Assembly (NCBI GenBank): GCA_951406725.2
Contig: OX597825.1
Coordinates: 64,852,001 to 64,916,000 of the forward strand
From: Octopus vulgaris
Lineage: Eukaryota
Length of the DNA stretch: 64,000 nt
Direction: 5' to 3'
The position numbers and the translations under genes are program-made. Shown here in pieces: positions 12,711 to 25,309 of the stretch. A model generated the notes under the pieces. It searched no databases. It saw nothing but the letters and a program-made list of their open reading frames with translations, and was not told where the DNA came from. How positions within the stretch are numbered: position 1 is the stretch's first letter; each line of letters starts with the position of its first letter.

Positions 12711-12712
<2 letters not shown>
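12541..12712. mobile_element. Penelope-like terminal-repeat fragment with inverted hammerhead segments
   Basis: Perfect 20-bp inverted arms ccgttcatcagacagttttt (12588-12607) / aaaaactgtctgatgaacgg (12614-12633), embedded in (TA)n. Confidence 0.6.
12570..12602 (-). ncRNA. Minimal type-I hammerhead ribozyme motif (stem II shortened)
   Basis: Minus strand CUGU-CUGAUGA-ACGGU-GAAA-CUCAGAG-UA-ACAG: stem I CUGU/ACAG, intact core, near-palindromic stem III ACUCAGAGU, GUA cleavage triplet. Confidence 0.6.
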
Positions 12713-12758
<46 letters not shown>

Positions 12759-12990
12759 CGACAGGCTTCTTTCAGTTTCCGACTACCAAATCCACTCACA
12801 AGGCATTGGTCGGCCCGGGGCTATAGTAGAAGACACTTGCCCAAGATGTTACGCAGTGGGACTGAACCCGGAACCATGTGGTTGGTTAGCAAGCTACTTA
12901 CCACACAGCCACTCCTGTATGCATGTTTTTTGTGTAAATATATGTAAATGCATTATATATACATACACACACAAACACACATACACAAAT

Positions 12991-13087
<97 letters not shown>

Positions 13088-13732
13088 GTGATTGTTCCTA
13101 CATTAAACCTATGCTGACGTATTTTTATCTTTAATGAATTACAAGTGAAACATTTGCTAATATTCCGAGAACCAAATCGTGAAACAATAAAGAAATAAAT
13201 AACTATACTATTAAATAAATATAACAATCAGCTGAAATGACTGTTGCAGACTTGGATCTTAGAATATAGTTCGGTCAGATGGCACATGAGCACAAATCTG
13301 ATTTAAAATGCATTTGTACTGCTCGCTTGGAGATTGACTCTAAGAAGCAAGTCCCGTTTGCGTGTTCTGTCTGTCTGTCCATATCCATATAGGATTACCG
13401 AGAAAGTTTTACCAAGATTTGCAGACATGCAATCCGAGGTCGAAATTTTATTTCCTTACATCTTTACAAACAACGGGAATAGCAACTAGACAAACAATAA
13501 CTTAGAGAGCAAATGGAAATGATAATAATGACAATAGTAATAATAATAGCAATAATAATAATAACAGTAAAGAAAATAATAATTACAAAAAAAAATAATA
13601 ATGATTACAAGAAGAAGAAAACTACATATGATTTGTAGATAACCCAAAATTTGTTTTCAGCAATCCAATGTGACATGCCAGATAATAATAATAATAATAA
13701 CAATAATAATAATAATAATAATAGTAATGATA

Positions 13733-14120
13733 GTTTCAAATTTTTCCATAACGGCAGCAATTTTAGGGAAGGGGATGAGTCGATTACATCGACTCCAGTG
13801 TTCAACTTGTATGTCTTTTATCGACTCCAAAATTATGAAAGCCAAAGTCGACCTCAGCGGGATCTGAATTCAGAACGAAGCGACGGACGAAATACCTATT
13901 TCTTTACGACCCACAAGGGGCTAAGGACAGAGAGGACAAACAAGGACAGATAAATGGATAAAGTCGATTATATCGAACCCAGTGCGTAACTGGTACTTAA
14001 TTTATTGACCCCGAAAGGATGAAAGGCAAAGTCGAGCTCGGCGGAATTTGAACTCAGAACGTAGCGGCAGAAGAAATACCGTTAGGCATTTCGTCCGGAG
14101 AGCTAACGATTCTGCCAGAT
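13733..14120 (-). mobile_element. Nin-domain SINE family B, two-unit array
   Basis: Reverse complement of two family B units. The junction reads AAAGAAATA|GGTATTTCGTC at 13897/13896. Flanked by (AAT)n. Confidence 0.9.
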
Positions 14121-14147
14121 CCTTGATAATAATAATAGTAATAATAA

Positions 14148-14603
14148 ATGCCCTGATGCAGCACCAGTCACTGGCTCCCATGACATCTAATTCTAACTCA
14201 ATAGAAGTGTTATCATGTACATGTTTTGTGTTGGTGTAAAAGACGGGATACAGATTATTCAATACCACAGATTTGCTTGTCAATTGCTTGACCGTAACCC
14301 TTAGTGTCTGACGATATATGCCTCTCGATCACGAGCAGAAGTAGTGGGGGAGCATCATAGTCATGTGTTGCGAGGAATTCTTTGGGATTTGAATAATTCG
14401 CCTCTTTAAACTAACCTTATTCAGGGACCTATTCAGCGGGATGTGTTACTCGACCTGAAGAAAATTGTAACTGAACCCCACGTATAAGGCCATGCGCTAT
14501 ATATCTTGATATGAGGTCACCATAGTCATGACGGGTACATTGGGCTTCGTATATTTGTACTCCAGTGTCACTCTGATCGTATGCGCTGCTCTCTCACTCA
14601 ATA
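14148..14603. repeat. Probable interspersed repeat (unclassified), beginning in an AAT-rich tract
   Basis: More GC-rich, complex sequence abutting (AAT)n and ending ctctctcactcaataa. It resembles a cephalopod repeat from recollection only, and there is no second copy in the window. Confidence 0.3.
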
Positions 14604-16081
14604 AGACGAAAATCTTGTTTTTGTGGGTAGAAATTCTATCTCGTAGATGTCTCGCAGCCATTGCACGACATCAGCACAGCTGTTCCTGACGGTGGTCCCC
14701 ACTCTTGGGCTTACGCCTTGCTCTCCGTTTTAAAGATGACGCGCATAACAACAAATCTTCTCTATCTACAAATGAATGAGATATCACGTAAAACACTTGC
14801 AGGGCTTAGAGGAAAAACGAGTCTGGTTCCCTTGACAAAACTCAGTTTGCTTACATTCTTTTTCTCATGTGACTCTGTTGATGGTTTGCTATAGGCATTC
14901 GCCTGTCACACGTACATCAACTTAAGCTATGGCTCAGTGATCATTCGTAGAACCTGTAACAACGTTTTTGAAGTTTTCAGGAATGATCTAATCTTTAACA
15001 CATTTTTCCATTGATGTTACTAAAAAATTTCAAAAGGATTCAACGTGACTGTTATAACCACACTTGAAAAGATATGCACAACGACGTTACTTGGTTACAT
15101 TGATATATTTATGTGTAGGAATGAGTGTCTGTGTGTGAAAGTGCAAGCTTGTTTGTGTCTATATGTTAAGAAATTAAGCTACACTTCGGAAAATAAGATA
15201 ATAATTTCCACAAATTTCCACGCAGAAATCGAACCTAAAATTTGCTTTCCACTTGATGAGCTACTTAATCTTTCTTGCTTTTAATCGGATATGTATTTTC
15301 CATTAGTATAATCCGCTTCGAATATATGTATTTCCTTACTAAACGATTAAACCGTTAGTTATGCATCTATTGGTTCATATAGGATTAGCTCAACAATACA
15401 GATTCTGCAGAATGGAATTAGGTGCTTCGCCAATATAAATTGGATTCAATATGACTTTCATTTATACACAAATAGTATAGATTCTACTTCTGTCTCGCGC
15501 TTCTAAAAGTCCATCCTCTTTTATATCTAGATTTAAATAGTAAAACTTACACAGTAAACATTTCAGAGCAGCTTCCTCTCATTCCATCAGTATTAATACA
15601 AGAATATTCATTGATCTATTTAAAAGATATTTCTACTAAAAATGTGTATTTAAAGAAACGTACGTCTTGTGGGCATACATCGGTGTCTATACCCATAAGT
15701 ATATACATATATACATACATGGTGTGATAGACCTCACTAGACGGCCATGCTTATGCTCTCCAAGAACAAGGTATAGTTACTACATACCTAAGCAACTGGA
15801 GAAATACGGGTGCTTCTATGTCTCCATATTTTGATGGAAGGTAACAAACGAGATAGAGACTGTCAAACCGCAATACGATTGCAATCCCGCTAAGTGCAAT
15901 TTTAAATAAATCCCGAAGAAATAACGCTCACATACATATAATACATACACAAATACACGCACACAGGCACATACACACACAAACACACTCACACACGCAC
16001 ACACGTATATATTTGTATATATGCCTATATATATATTACGTAGACCTTAGTGACTGAAGGCATTTCAAAGTATCAGTATTT

Positions 16082-16320
<239 letters not shown>

Positions 16321-17039
16321 CGATAGAAAAGACATAGATAAGATCAGAGGGAGAAAGAAAAAAGTAGTTGGAATGACTTCGTTGATTTCCCAAATGGCGA
16401 TTGTCTGTTTGGGAAACAACCGCAGGTATAAGAGAAAAGTAATCAAGTTTAATACGAATATATCTCTTCTATTTGACGTTTTGAGCACTCTTTAATATGT
16501 CCATACTAAAAACTATAATAATACTTACTCCTTAGTCAATCATGTCTACCTCAGGGAAGGAAAGTAGTTTCCTTCAATTTATTTTAGCGGCTTCTAGACT
16601 ACAATTTTTTACAAGAAGATATTGTTCACATCAAGATTAACCGATTTTTTTTTTTTGCTCGAATTTGGATCCGCCTGGCATTTTTATGTGAATAACGATA
16701 ACCAGTTTGCTACGAGCTGGTTCTGAGTGAAAAATAATGAGATGAATCTTCTCAAGTTTGTGTTTCGTATTCTATTTTATCGACACTGGAATGATATAAG
16801 ACAAAGTTGAATTTGGTGCCATGGGGTTGCATAATGCAAACGACCAAAGCTGCAAGGCTTTTAGCTGACATTCCACGATTTTATTTCTCGGCCACTTAAA
16901 GAATACAGATAACCCAACAGGAGATGGGTCACTCATCTGTCGCTCTTCATTCCAGCATGCAACTAACTCCAAGTAGTTCAAACAAAATTTTATACGGCAC
17001 ATACGATACACACTGACTGGTCACGATGCTTTCCCCTCA

Positions 17040-17225
17040 CGCATCACTGAGACTTTCGTCTCACCACCTTTGTCATAACTGTTGCCCTCTCCCACTTCTG
17101 GTCCAGCTAGTTACCACAATGCCAAACTGTTCCTCCCCAGATCATCAAACCTTAAAATCTCCTTTCTGCCTATACATTTTCGACATAATTTGACTTACAA
17201 CAGTTTCAACCGAATGCTTAACCGT
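17040..17225 (+). mobile_element. Possible decayed 3' end of a CR1/L2/Jockey-group LINE
   Basis: Translates as HNAKLFLPRSSNL...LP...DLQQF (with a frameshift), resembling the C-terminal SFFPRT..LWN.LP...L..FK motif of these LINE ORF2 proteins. Confidence 0.3.
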
Positions 17226-17889
17226 TCAGTTTTCGCCTGCCTCTATTGCCCGGCTATGATCACTGATTGGTCACTTCCTCCAAAGTCAGCTAGGACTTAT
17301 ATGTCTGTCAATGAAGAATCTGTGGGGAAAGAGACAGAAAAAAAGGAAAGAAAGGGAAGGAGAGTTTTTTTCTGAGAGTGATATAATAAAGGAAAGAGAC
17401 AAGGTCACTTTACTAATTATATTATACCCATCCACAATATACTCATCAGTAATGTTACTGTGCTGCCACTGACGCACAGAAATGAACTACTCCATCCTGT
17501 AATACCTACTTGGAAGTTGGAAGCCTATTTTTTTAAAATATCTAAGCATGGTTAGCTATGGACACATTGCTGATATGAAGGCGGAATAAAGCCTACGAAT
17601 CACCATCGGTTGACCTGCTTTATATTGGCTCTGTCATCTAATAGCTCTCCTTTATATGCATCTTCTGCTCAACATAATGTGTCTCGCTAAAGCAGCTGAC
17701 TTTATGCTATTCACTTAAATTTTGTTTTTGATTTCCATTTGAGAACAAAAATGTATTTTGTAAAAGAATAAAATTGCGTCAAAGAGTCAATACATTAAAA
17801 GCGTTCTATCGTAAAGGATCCTTCACTCTTCACACCGTCATTGAATAAAAACCAGTCAACTGCACCAACAAGGGAACATTTAGTTGGTC

Positions 17890-18125
17890 AGTCAACCATG
17901 TGGAGATAGCAGCCTGATAGCTAGAAGTATCAGTGGCATACGTCTCGTTCAAATCACGTTCCGCCATCTTAAAAAAATATATATTACACAAAAGGCATAT
18001 TGGATAATGAGGTCCTAGAAAGAATATGTCTGAAAATAAAGATTGGACAGTCATGGATGGAATAATTTGGAACATAAATCTGCATCGATCAAAACTGATC
18101 TGGACCTTAATAACAATAACAACAA
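17890..18125 (+). mobile_element. Old interspersed repeat family F with (AAC)n-type 3' end
   Basis: Motifs ctagaagtatcag..aaatcac, ttggataatg and gatcaaaactgatctgg...aacaataacaac recur degenerately at ~26010-26210 (-), 35325-35522 (-), 50140-50330 (+) and 58585-58940 (-). Confidence 0.55.
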
Positions 18126-18726
18126 TATAATCAGCCAACCTAGTGACAAAAACAGATTTCGAATAAAAATGTATAAATAAAGCATACAACTTACTTGGAA
18201 TTTGGTTAGCGTTAATGATCATTCCTGGAAAGTTATATTAACCACGTGATCAACCCAAACAAAATCTCTGTCTTCAACAGAATACTTGTTTATTTATTTT
18301 AAGTTTTCATATTTTTTTCTATAGTTTTCTCCCATATTTCGCTGTTATCATCTTCTGCTTTATGAACAATGGCTAATGTGGAAACAGAAAAATGTCTTGC
18401 CGCCATTTTCTTGTACTAATTCTCTCTTTCTGTTTTGTTCTTATTCTGCTCTGGTCTTTTTTAATCTATCAGAGAGTAATATTCTTTTCGGGTTTTCTTC
18501 TTCAGCAATTTATCATTCATAGTTTTTTTTTTCTCTCCATCATATGTTGTCTTCTGTTTTCTAATATTTCGTTCTTTCATCTTATTGTTTCCTCCTGTTA
18601 TTGTTGTTGATACTCATCATCACCACTAACATCAACATTCTCATCTTCATTATCATCACCATCATATTATTGCTGTCGTTGTTGTTCTTCTTCTTGTTCT
18701 TCTTGTTATTATTGCTGTTACTGATA

Positions 18727-18909
18727 CGGCGAGTTGTCAGAACGGTTAGTAAACCAGACAAAAATTTCAGTGGTATTTAGTTCGTTTTTACGTTTTGAGT
18801 TCAAATTCTGCCGGATCGACTTTGCTTTTTCTTCTTTCGTGGTCGACAAATTAAGGACCAACCAATCATTTCGCCCATCGTGCTAACGTTTCTACCAGCT
18901 CGCTGCCTT
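18727..18909 (+). mobile_element. Family B SINE followed by an inverted copy of its own head
   Basis: Plus copy 18727-18861, then catttcgcccatcgtgctaacgtttctaccagctcgctgcc (18867-18908), the reverse complement of the family B 5' end. Confidence 0.75.
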
Positions 18910-19147
18910 ATAATCCTCACTATTGCTGTCTCATCATCATATCTTTTCGTTTGTTGCTTTTGTATAGTTGTAACAATTGATAAATTTAAGTATCATCAGT
19001 ATCGTCACGACTACTCCTAAAACTAGCATCCGAACCATTCTCCTCATCATCATAACCATCTTCATAATCAAAATCATCGCTTTCATCATCACCGTTGTCG
19101 TCGACATTGTCATCTTCGTTACTATTAACATTATTATTGTCTCGCAA

Positions 19148-19342
19148 AGGTGACAGCTTGATAGAATCGTTAGGGCACTTCTTTAGGCTGTACTTTCTGA
19201 GTTAAAATTCCGTCAAGGTCAACTTTGTCTTCCATCCATATGAGAGTCGCGGAAATAAGAACCAGTTGAGAACTGGGCTCGATGTAATCAATGGGCTCCC
19301 TTCCCCAAAATTTCTGGCCTTGTACCTATAACAGAAAGAATT
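19148..19342 (+). mobile_element. Family B SINE, degenerate monomer
   Basis: ctgagttaaaattccgtcaaggtcaactttgtcttccatcc...tcgatgtaatc...ccccaaaatttctggccttgtacc. Confidence 0.75.
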
Positions 19343-19941
19343 ATCATTGTCCTCACGGCAACTGTTTTAATCATTATTATTACCATCGTCTTTGTCATTA
19401 CTATAAGCATCATCAGTAATCATCATCAGCATAATCATCTATATTTTTATTTCAGCTTCTTTTAAATCCAATATCATCTGCATCATTATGTGTATCATTA
19501 TCATCATCATCACTATCCAAATCAATATTGTTTTAACTATCCCTTAACAGACGCTAAAAACATCATTGAGTTCTCCAACCTGTTATTACGTTTTGCCGTT
19601 GTATATATTTTGGCTAGGTAGACAATCAAAATCATTCTCTTAACACTTTGAGCTTGTGAAAGATTTCATACAAATAAATTCTACACAGTCCAAATATGTC
19701 CAATCGTAAGCGACAGTTCATGTAACACTTACTGCTCGTTTTTCTAACAGAATATAAAAGTCTTTTTGTGTCCTTGTTTCTTATATTTCATAATACCCTT
19801 GTTATTCCATCTATACTTGCAGTAGCATTTCAATTAATGCATATATCTCCGTCATCATTTGTCTTATTATGTATTATATCATTCTATTTAATTAACTCTC
19901 CCCCTGTTTGTCGCTGTGTATATATAAACTTGCATATGTGA

Positions 19942-20153
19942 CCGCCATGTTGATTCGTTAGCTCCTGCACGCATTTTTTTTTCTCTCCTTGTTTCTCTCC
20001 GTGTTTCTTTTCTGTGTATCTTTCTGTTGAAGAGCGTAGGCTCGAAACGAAAAAAAAGACTTGTTTTATTTCTATTCCTGAGCGCCATACTAATACACTT
20101 GCTTGTTTGTACTCCACCTGCCTTCGTCTTTTGTTTATTTTCGTAAAGGTTCC
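19942..20153 (+). mobile_element. Penelope-like short repeat with degenerate hammerhead core (family H copy)
   Basis: ctttCTGTTGAagagcgtaggctcGAAAcg (20020-20049). Homologous to the copies at 39781, 54329 and 58180. The 3' side abuts (TA)n. Confidence 0.75.
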
Positions 20154-20157
20154 TGTC

Positions 20158-20252
<95 letters not shown>

Positions 20253-20738
20253 ATTCTGGTAAAACAGAATGCTTGCTATTCTACCCAGCCTCTTTTGAAG
20301 AAGAGCCACAGCCTGAATTATTGAAACTCCATGTTTCTTTCTCGTAGCGTAAAACTGGTATAGCACAGTTTACCGCTGTTTTGTTCTGTCAACTTTTACT
20401 TTTTGGGGGGTGATGGGTGGTTTAATTTCTTATTATTTAACTTTTAGCACCTCTTCACTAGATTTATTACGCTGAAGCAAAATTAGTCCTAACTCTCTGG
20501 ATCATACTGAGTATCTCATAAAAATATGATTATATTAGTGTAGTGTTAGTCTGTATTTTTATTAGTACTTCTATGTATGAGTATGTGTGCATAGTGTATA
20601 TTCTCAAATTTAATATTGCATTTCTCAACCAAATTATCAAAAGATAACCGTATTAAAGATTTTCTACATATCTATCTGTCTATCCATTACTCTACGAAAC
20701 AGTCTATCTGTCAATCTATCTAACTATATGTCTATCTG

Positions 20739-20769
<31 letters not shown>

Positions 20770-21919
20770 TTCTCCCTACACAAACACACACATATATATA
20801 TACATAGTGTCTGTGGGATGATGAAATGCATCTATGTTATTTGATTAAACATATGTGCATATATGTGTAAGAGGGTGTGCACTGATGGATGCTTGTAAGT
20901 CTATAGAGATATATACAGAGCGATTGAAAGTATGGATACAGACAAAATAGAAGAGGAAGAAGTAAGAAAACTACGATAGACTGAAAAACGTATTTGTACT
21001 TGTAGTGGTATCGTGGGGTCATAAATGTTAATTACAAAATTGATTTCGCTGGCAAATAAGCTATTTCGTTCTCAATTGTTGTTCAGATTATTTATTTGAA
21101 ATTTAATTAATTTCTATAGATATTGCGTCGTCAATACAAACCCGATACCCATAATATAAACTCGCAAATATATAAATCACTTATCTATCTTCAAAGCAAC
21201 ATACAGCTCTTCACAACTTATTTATAAGTTCCTAGATGCGTACACACAAAAGCAAGCACATATGCAAGGATACTGATACAAGCACATACATATATCTCCG
21301 ACACATGATCTTCTAAGTTTATGAATAGTAGTGTAAATGTAGTAGAAATATTTTTCACATTGACCTTAAAGATTACTACCATATCTGTTGTGAGAACTTA
21401 CTGTTAGATCAACATATGAAACCAGATTTCTTCTGAAGCCCTACCGCACACAGGGAAATTTCCATTCTGCTGAGTTTTATCTTTCACTTCACTTGAATGA
21501 ATCTCCTTGTTCGATTTTTGTGAATGATTTTCATGTTCATCCCTTCAGTATAAACGTATACACACCATCATCAAACAGAAACTGGATATGGAGGGCAGGA
21601 TTATTATTTGAAAATTGTATATACATGTATACATACATATATACACATGCGTGTGTGTCTGTGTGTCTGTGTGTCTGTGTGTCTGTGTGTCTGTGTGTGT
21701 GCATATACATACATATATATATCCATATATATACATATGCATATATATATGTATATATTGGTAAATGTATATATGTATAGAAATACATGCTGTATATATA
21801 TATGCATACACAAATACACGCCCACACGTATATATGTGTTTGTGTATACGTGTGTAGAGATATATGTTTGTATGTATGTACGTATTAATATATATAGATA
21901 GATTTTCATGCCCCGTATG

Positions 21920-21950
<31 letters not shown>

Positions 21951-21997
21951 CTGTGTGTATGTATATATATATGTATATATACATACATACATACATG

Positions 21998-22068
<71 letters not shown>

Positions 22069-22664
22069 CAGTATATGTTTGGAAGGAACATATTACCTTT
22101 TTAAATGTTTAGTGGTCGAATAGATTTCCAGATCAACAAATCGATTGGACTCAGTTTTACTGTCGTTTAGACCTATGATCAGCTTGGCAAAACACCGAAA
22201 TAAAGAATGCGGAGAAGAAGTAATGTTATTATTGAAACGTTTCAGTTCCTACAGTGTTTATGTGTTAATTTCCAAAGCAACGCAGCGATGCAGAGGAAGG
22301 GATGCGATAGCTTGTTTTGGGGAATCTTTTTTATTCCTCCTTTTCTCCATCTAAATTTTGTGACGTTTCGCATGTTTCGTGATTCGGTAGTGAATCTGTG
22401 CCATTGTAGTAGAGTTAGTTACGGATTCAAATCACTTCAGCTAGGCTGGTCAGATACTGGAATTGTTTAGCTACATCTTGGAATAGGTAGGTTGTTGAAC
22501 AAAAATGCTTCAGGTGTTTTAGTTGCATTTCCATTCGATGAGAGATCAATTCACACTGTAGTCCTATTCTTCTCTTTTCATCTTTCTGTGTGACTGATTA
22601 AATTCGTGTTTTGTTAAGTAGGTCAGTTCCTATAGCGCAATTTGATGCCTATTATTTACGCTAT

Positions 22665-22793
<129 letters not shown>

Positions 22794-23088
22794 TATATAC
22801 ATATATATATATATATTTAGATATATATATATGTGTGTTTGTATGTGTGTGTATGTGTGTATGCGCCACAATGCACCAACATTTTTTTTTTAAACATATG
22901 TAGATAGAGAGATAGCTAGCTAGATAGATAGAAAAAGGATTTCGTTGAAGAGTTTCTCCGCACATGGTGAGTTGTAGTGATAAAATATTGAATAAAAGAA
23001 GGAAAATGCAGAGAATTTGTATATTTTTAATCCATTTTAAGGGATAGAATATTATGGTAGTAGAACGGTTTCGCGTTTTGCTAACCAC

Positions 23089-23170
23089 GGCTGGTATATG
23101 GCGTAGTGATTAAGAGCGCAGGACACTAACCCCAAGATTCCGAGTTCGATTCCAAGCAGTGACCTGAAAG

Positions 23171-23230
<60 letters not shown>

Positions 23231-23367
23231 CCGAAAAATACATTAGGAATGAGAAATTTTCCCAAGACAACTGATGAAGGCTGGAGAGTACGTTAGCCGA
23301 AACGTTGTGTTGACAACAAACAAGATGAGGACAAATATCCGTCGATTGTAAATAATGTAAATAATGT
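23089..23367 (+). mobile_element. tRNA-headed SINE-like element with internal (AAT)n and a hammerhead motif
   Basis: A box TGGCGTAGTGA (23099-23109), B box GAGTTCGATTCC (23142-23153), (AAT)n 23171-23228, CTGATGA...GAAAC core 23271-23303, and tandem tail tgtaaataa x2. Confidence 0.75.
23266..23311 (+). ncRNA. Minimal type-I hammerhead ribozyme motif
   Basis: GACAA-CUGAUGA-A-GGCUG(loop)UAGCC-GAAA-C-GUU-GUGUU: intact core, 5-bp stem II, palindromic AACGUU stem III, stem I with one A.G mismatch at its base. Confidence 0.6.
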
Positions 23368-23395
23368 TCATGGCGTTCAAGTTTGTGAAAATATT

Positions 23396-23792
23396 CTTTT
23401 ATAGTCTAGGCACAAGGCCTGGAATTTTAGGGAGAGCGACAGTCGATTAGACCGAATCCAGTACGCAACTGGTAATTAATTTATCGACCTCGAAAGGATA
23501 AAGAGTAATGTTGACGTCGGCGGAATTTGAACTGGGAACGTAAAGAGAGACGAGATACCAATTTCTTTACTACCCACAAGGGGCTAAGCACAGAGAGGAC
23601 AAACAAGGACAGACAAATGGATTAAGTCGATTATATCGACCTCAGTGCGCAATTGGTAGTTTTTTACTCGACCCCGAAAGGATGAAAGGCAAAGTCGACC
23701 TCGGCGGAATTTGAACTCAGAACGTAACGGCACACGAAATACCGCCAAGCATTTAACCCGGCGTGCTAACGATTCTGCGAGCTCACCGCCTT
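23396..23792 (-). mobile_element. Nin-domain SINE family B, two-unit array
   Basis: Full head GGCGGTGAGCTCGCAGAATCGTTAGC on the minus strand. 15-bp TSD with one mismatch, gtttgtgaaaatatt (23381-23395) / gtttgtgacaatatt (23794-23808). Confidence 0.9.
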
Positions 23793-23812
23793 GGTTTGTG
23801 ACAATATTGCAA

Positions 23813-24092
23813 TGCCACTCTGTCGATTATGACGAATAATGGTTCCAGTTAGGCCGATCAACGGAACAGCCTGCTCGTGAAATTAACGTACTGAGCACTC
23901 CACAAACGCATGTGCCCTTAAAGTAGTTCTCAAAGAGACACAGTGTGACACAGAATGTGAAAAGTCTAGCCCTTTGAAGTACCTCAATCACTCATTCTTG
24001 ACAACTCTGTGTCTTTATAAGCGAAATGCGAAACCGGTCGACTATGATACTTGTGAGCTGAATACCCAGTAACCACTAAGTCAGGTGCCTTC
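23813..24092 (-). mobile_element. Degenerate SINE with family C-type head and a distinct 3' module
   Basis: The end taaccactaagtcaggtgccttc matches the family C head (taaccactaagccacgcgcctcc). The body gatcaacggaacagcctgctcgtgaaattaacgt is different. Confidence 0.6.
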
Positions 24093-24099
24093 CCACGCA

Positions 24100-24460
24100 C
24101 TTGGTGTTTGGTAGAAAGCTTACTTCCCAACAAAATGGCTACTGGTTCAGTGGCACACTAGGCAAGTGTTTTTTACTAACAGCCTCGGCCGACTAATGCC
24201 TTGTGAGTAGATTTGGTAGACCGAAACTGAAGGAAGCCTGTCATATATATATGTTTACATACCTCTGTGTGTGTGTATTTGTCACCGCATTCCCGCTTGA
24301 CAACCGGTGTTGGTGTATTTACATACGCGTAACATAGCGGTGCGGCAAATGAGACCGATATGCTTCAAAAATAAGTTCTGAGGTCGATTTGTTCGACTAA
24401 AATCCTCCGAGGTGGTGCCCCAGCATGGCCGCAGTCAAATGACTGAAACAAATAAAAGAT
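24100..24460 (+). mobile_element. SINE family A, degenerate
   Basis: ggcaagtg...gccttgtgagtagatttggtagaccgaaactgaagg...cagcatggccgcagtcaaatgactgaaaca. Confidence 0.85.
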
Positions 24461-25188
24461 TAAGGGAATGAATTTATATATATATATAAAGATGTATGTA
24501 TGCGTGAATGTGAGTGCACGTGTTGGCATTGGTATTCTTATTTCTTTGTATACAAGGTTTTTCAGTCTTGTAATGGCCTTATGTTTTGATACAGTTTCAT
24601 GTCAAGAAGCGAAATAAAATGTAAATCTCTCTCTTCCCACACAGAGGTCAAATTTCAATGTTCAGCAGGTGAAAATCTGAAATATTGTGGTTGTTATTCT
24701 TGAGAACAATGACTATTAAAGTGATTCATCAAATCTCACGATTTCTCACAAATATTAAATGATATGTTATTATGACAGTATTTGTATAAAACATTGTTTG
24801 TTGTCTCATAGTCAGGTCGTCAGTGATTAAACTGAACACGTCACTATACATTCCCATACTTGTAGATAGAAGGTGGTTAGAATCCTTGACAGGACAAATG
24901 ACAATACCACTTTACAAGTGTGGATGTAATAAATAAGAAATTAAGCCTTAAGTCAAACTTGAGAATGGAGCTGAACTCCAGTAAGGATTTCGAGAAAAAG
25001 CATCTCTTAATTACTTGGCAAGCCCTAAACTTTCTCTTGAACGTTCCGGCCTTGCTTTTCCTCTTACCCAGGAAGACCTGAGCTATACTATATATCAAAG
25101 TCGCAATGGTCACTCTCGAATTTTGTTCTTTGTCACATTGTGCATGACAAAATCTTTGTATTATTTCACATGTGTTTGTAGTGTGTGT

Positions 25189-25219
<31 letters not shown>

Positions 25220-25309
25220 CGGTATGTATGTATCTACTTATGAAATAACTCATAGTACAATAATTCATAACATACATACCAGCCCAATGTCATTATATAA
25301 TTATTCAAA

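Larger units (their letters stand above)
12466..12917 (-). mobile_element. tRNA-derived SINE family A (internally deleted; hosts a nested insertion in its microsatellite)
   Basis: Head CAGGAGTGGCTGTGTGG...GGTTCAGTCCC...CTTGGGCAAGTGTCTT at 12759-12917 (minus). Tail fragment actgaaacaagta at ~12468-12481. Confidence 0.85.

Noticed and set aside
23089-23165. tRNA-like sequences here and at all SINE heads as real tRNA genes
   Set aside because: A and B boxes are present but there is no complete acceptor stem or cloverleaf, and each continues into a repeat body.
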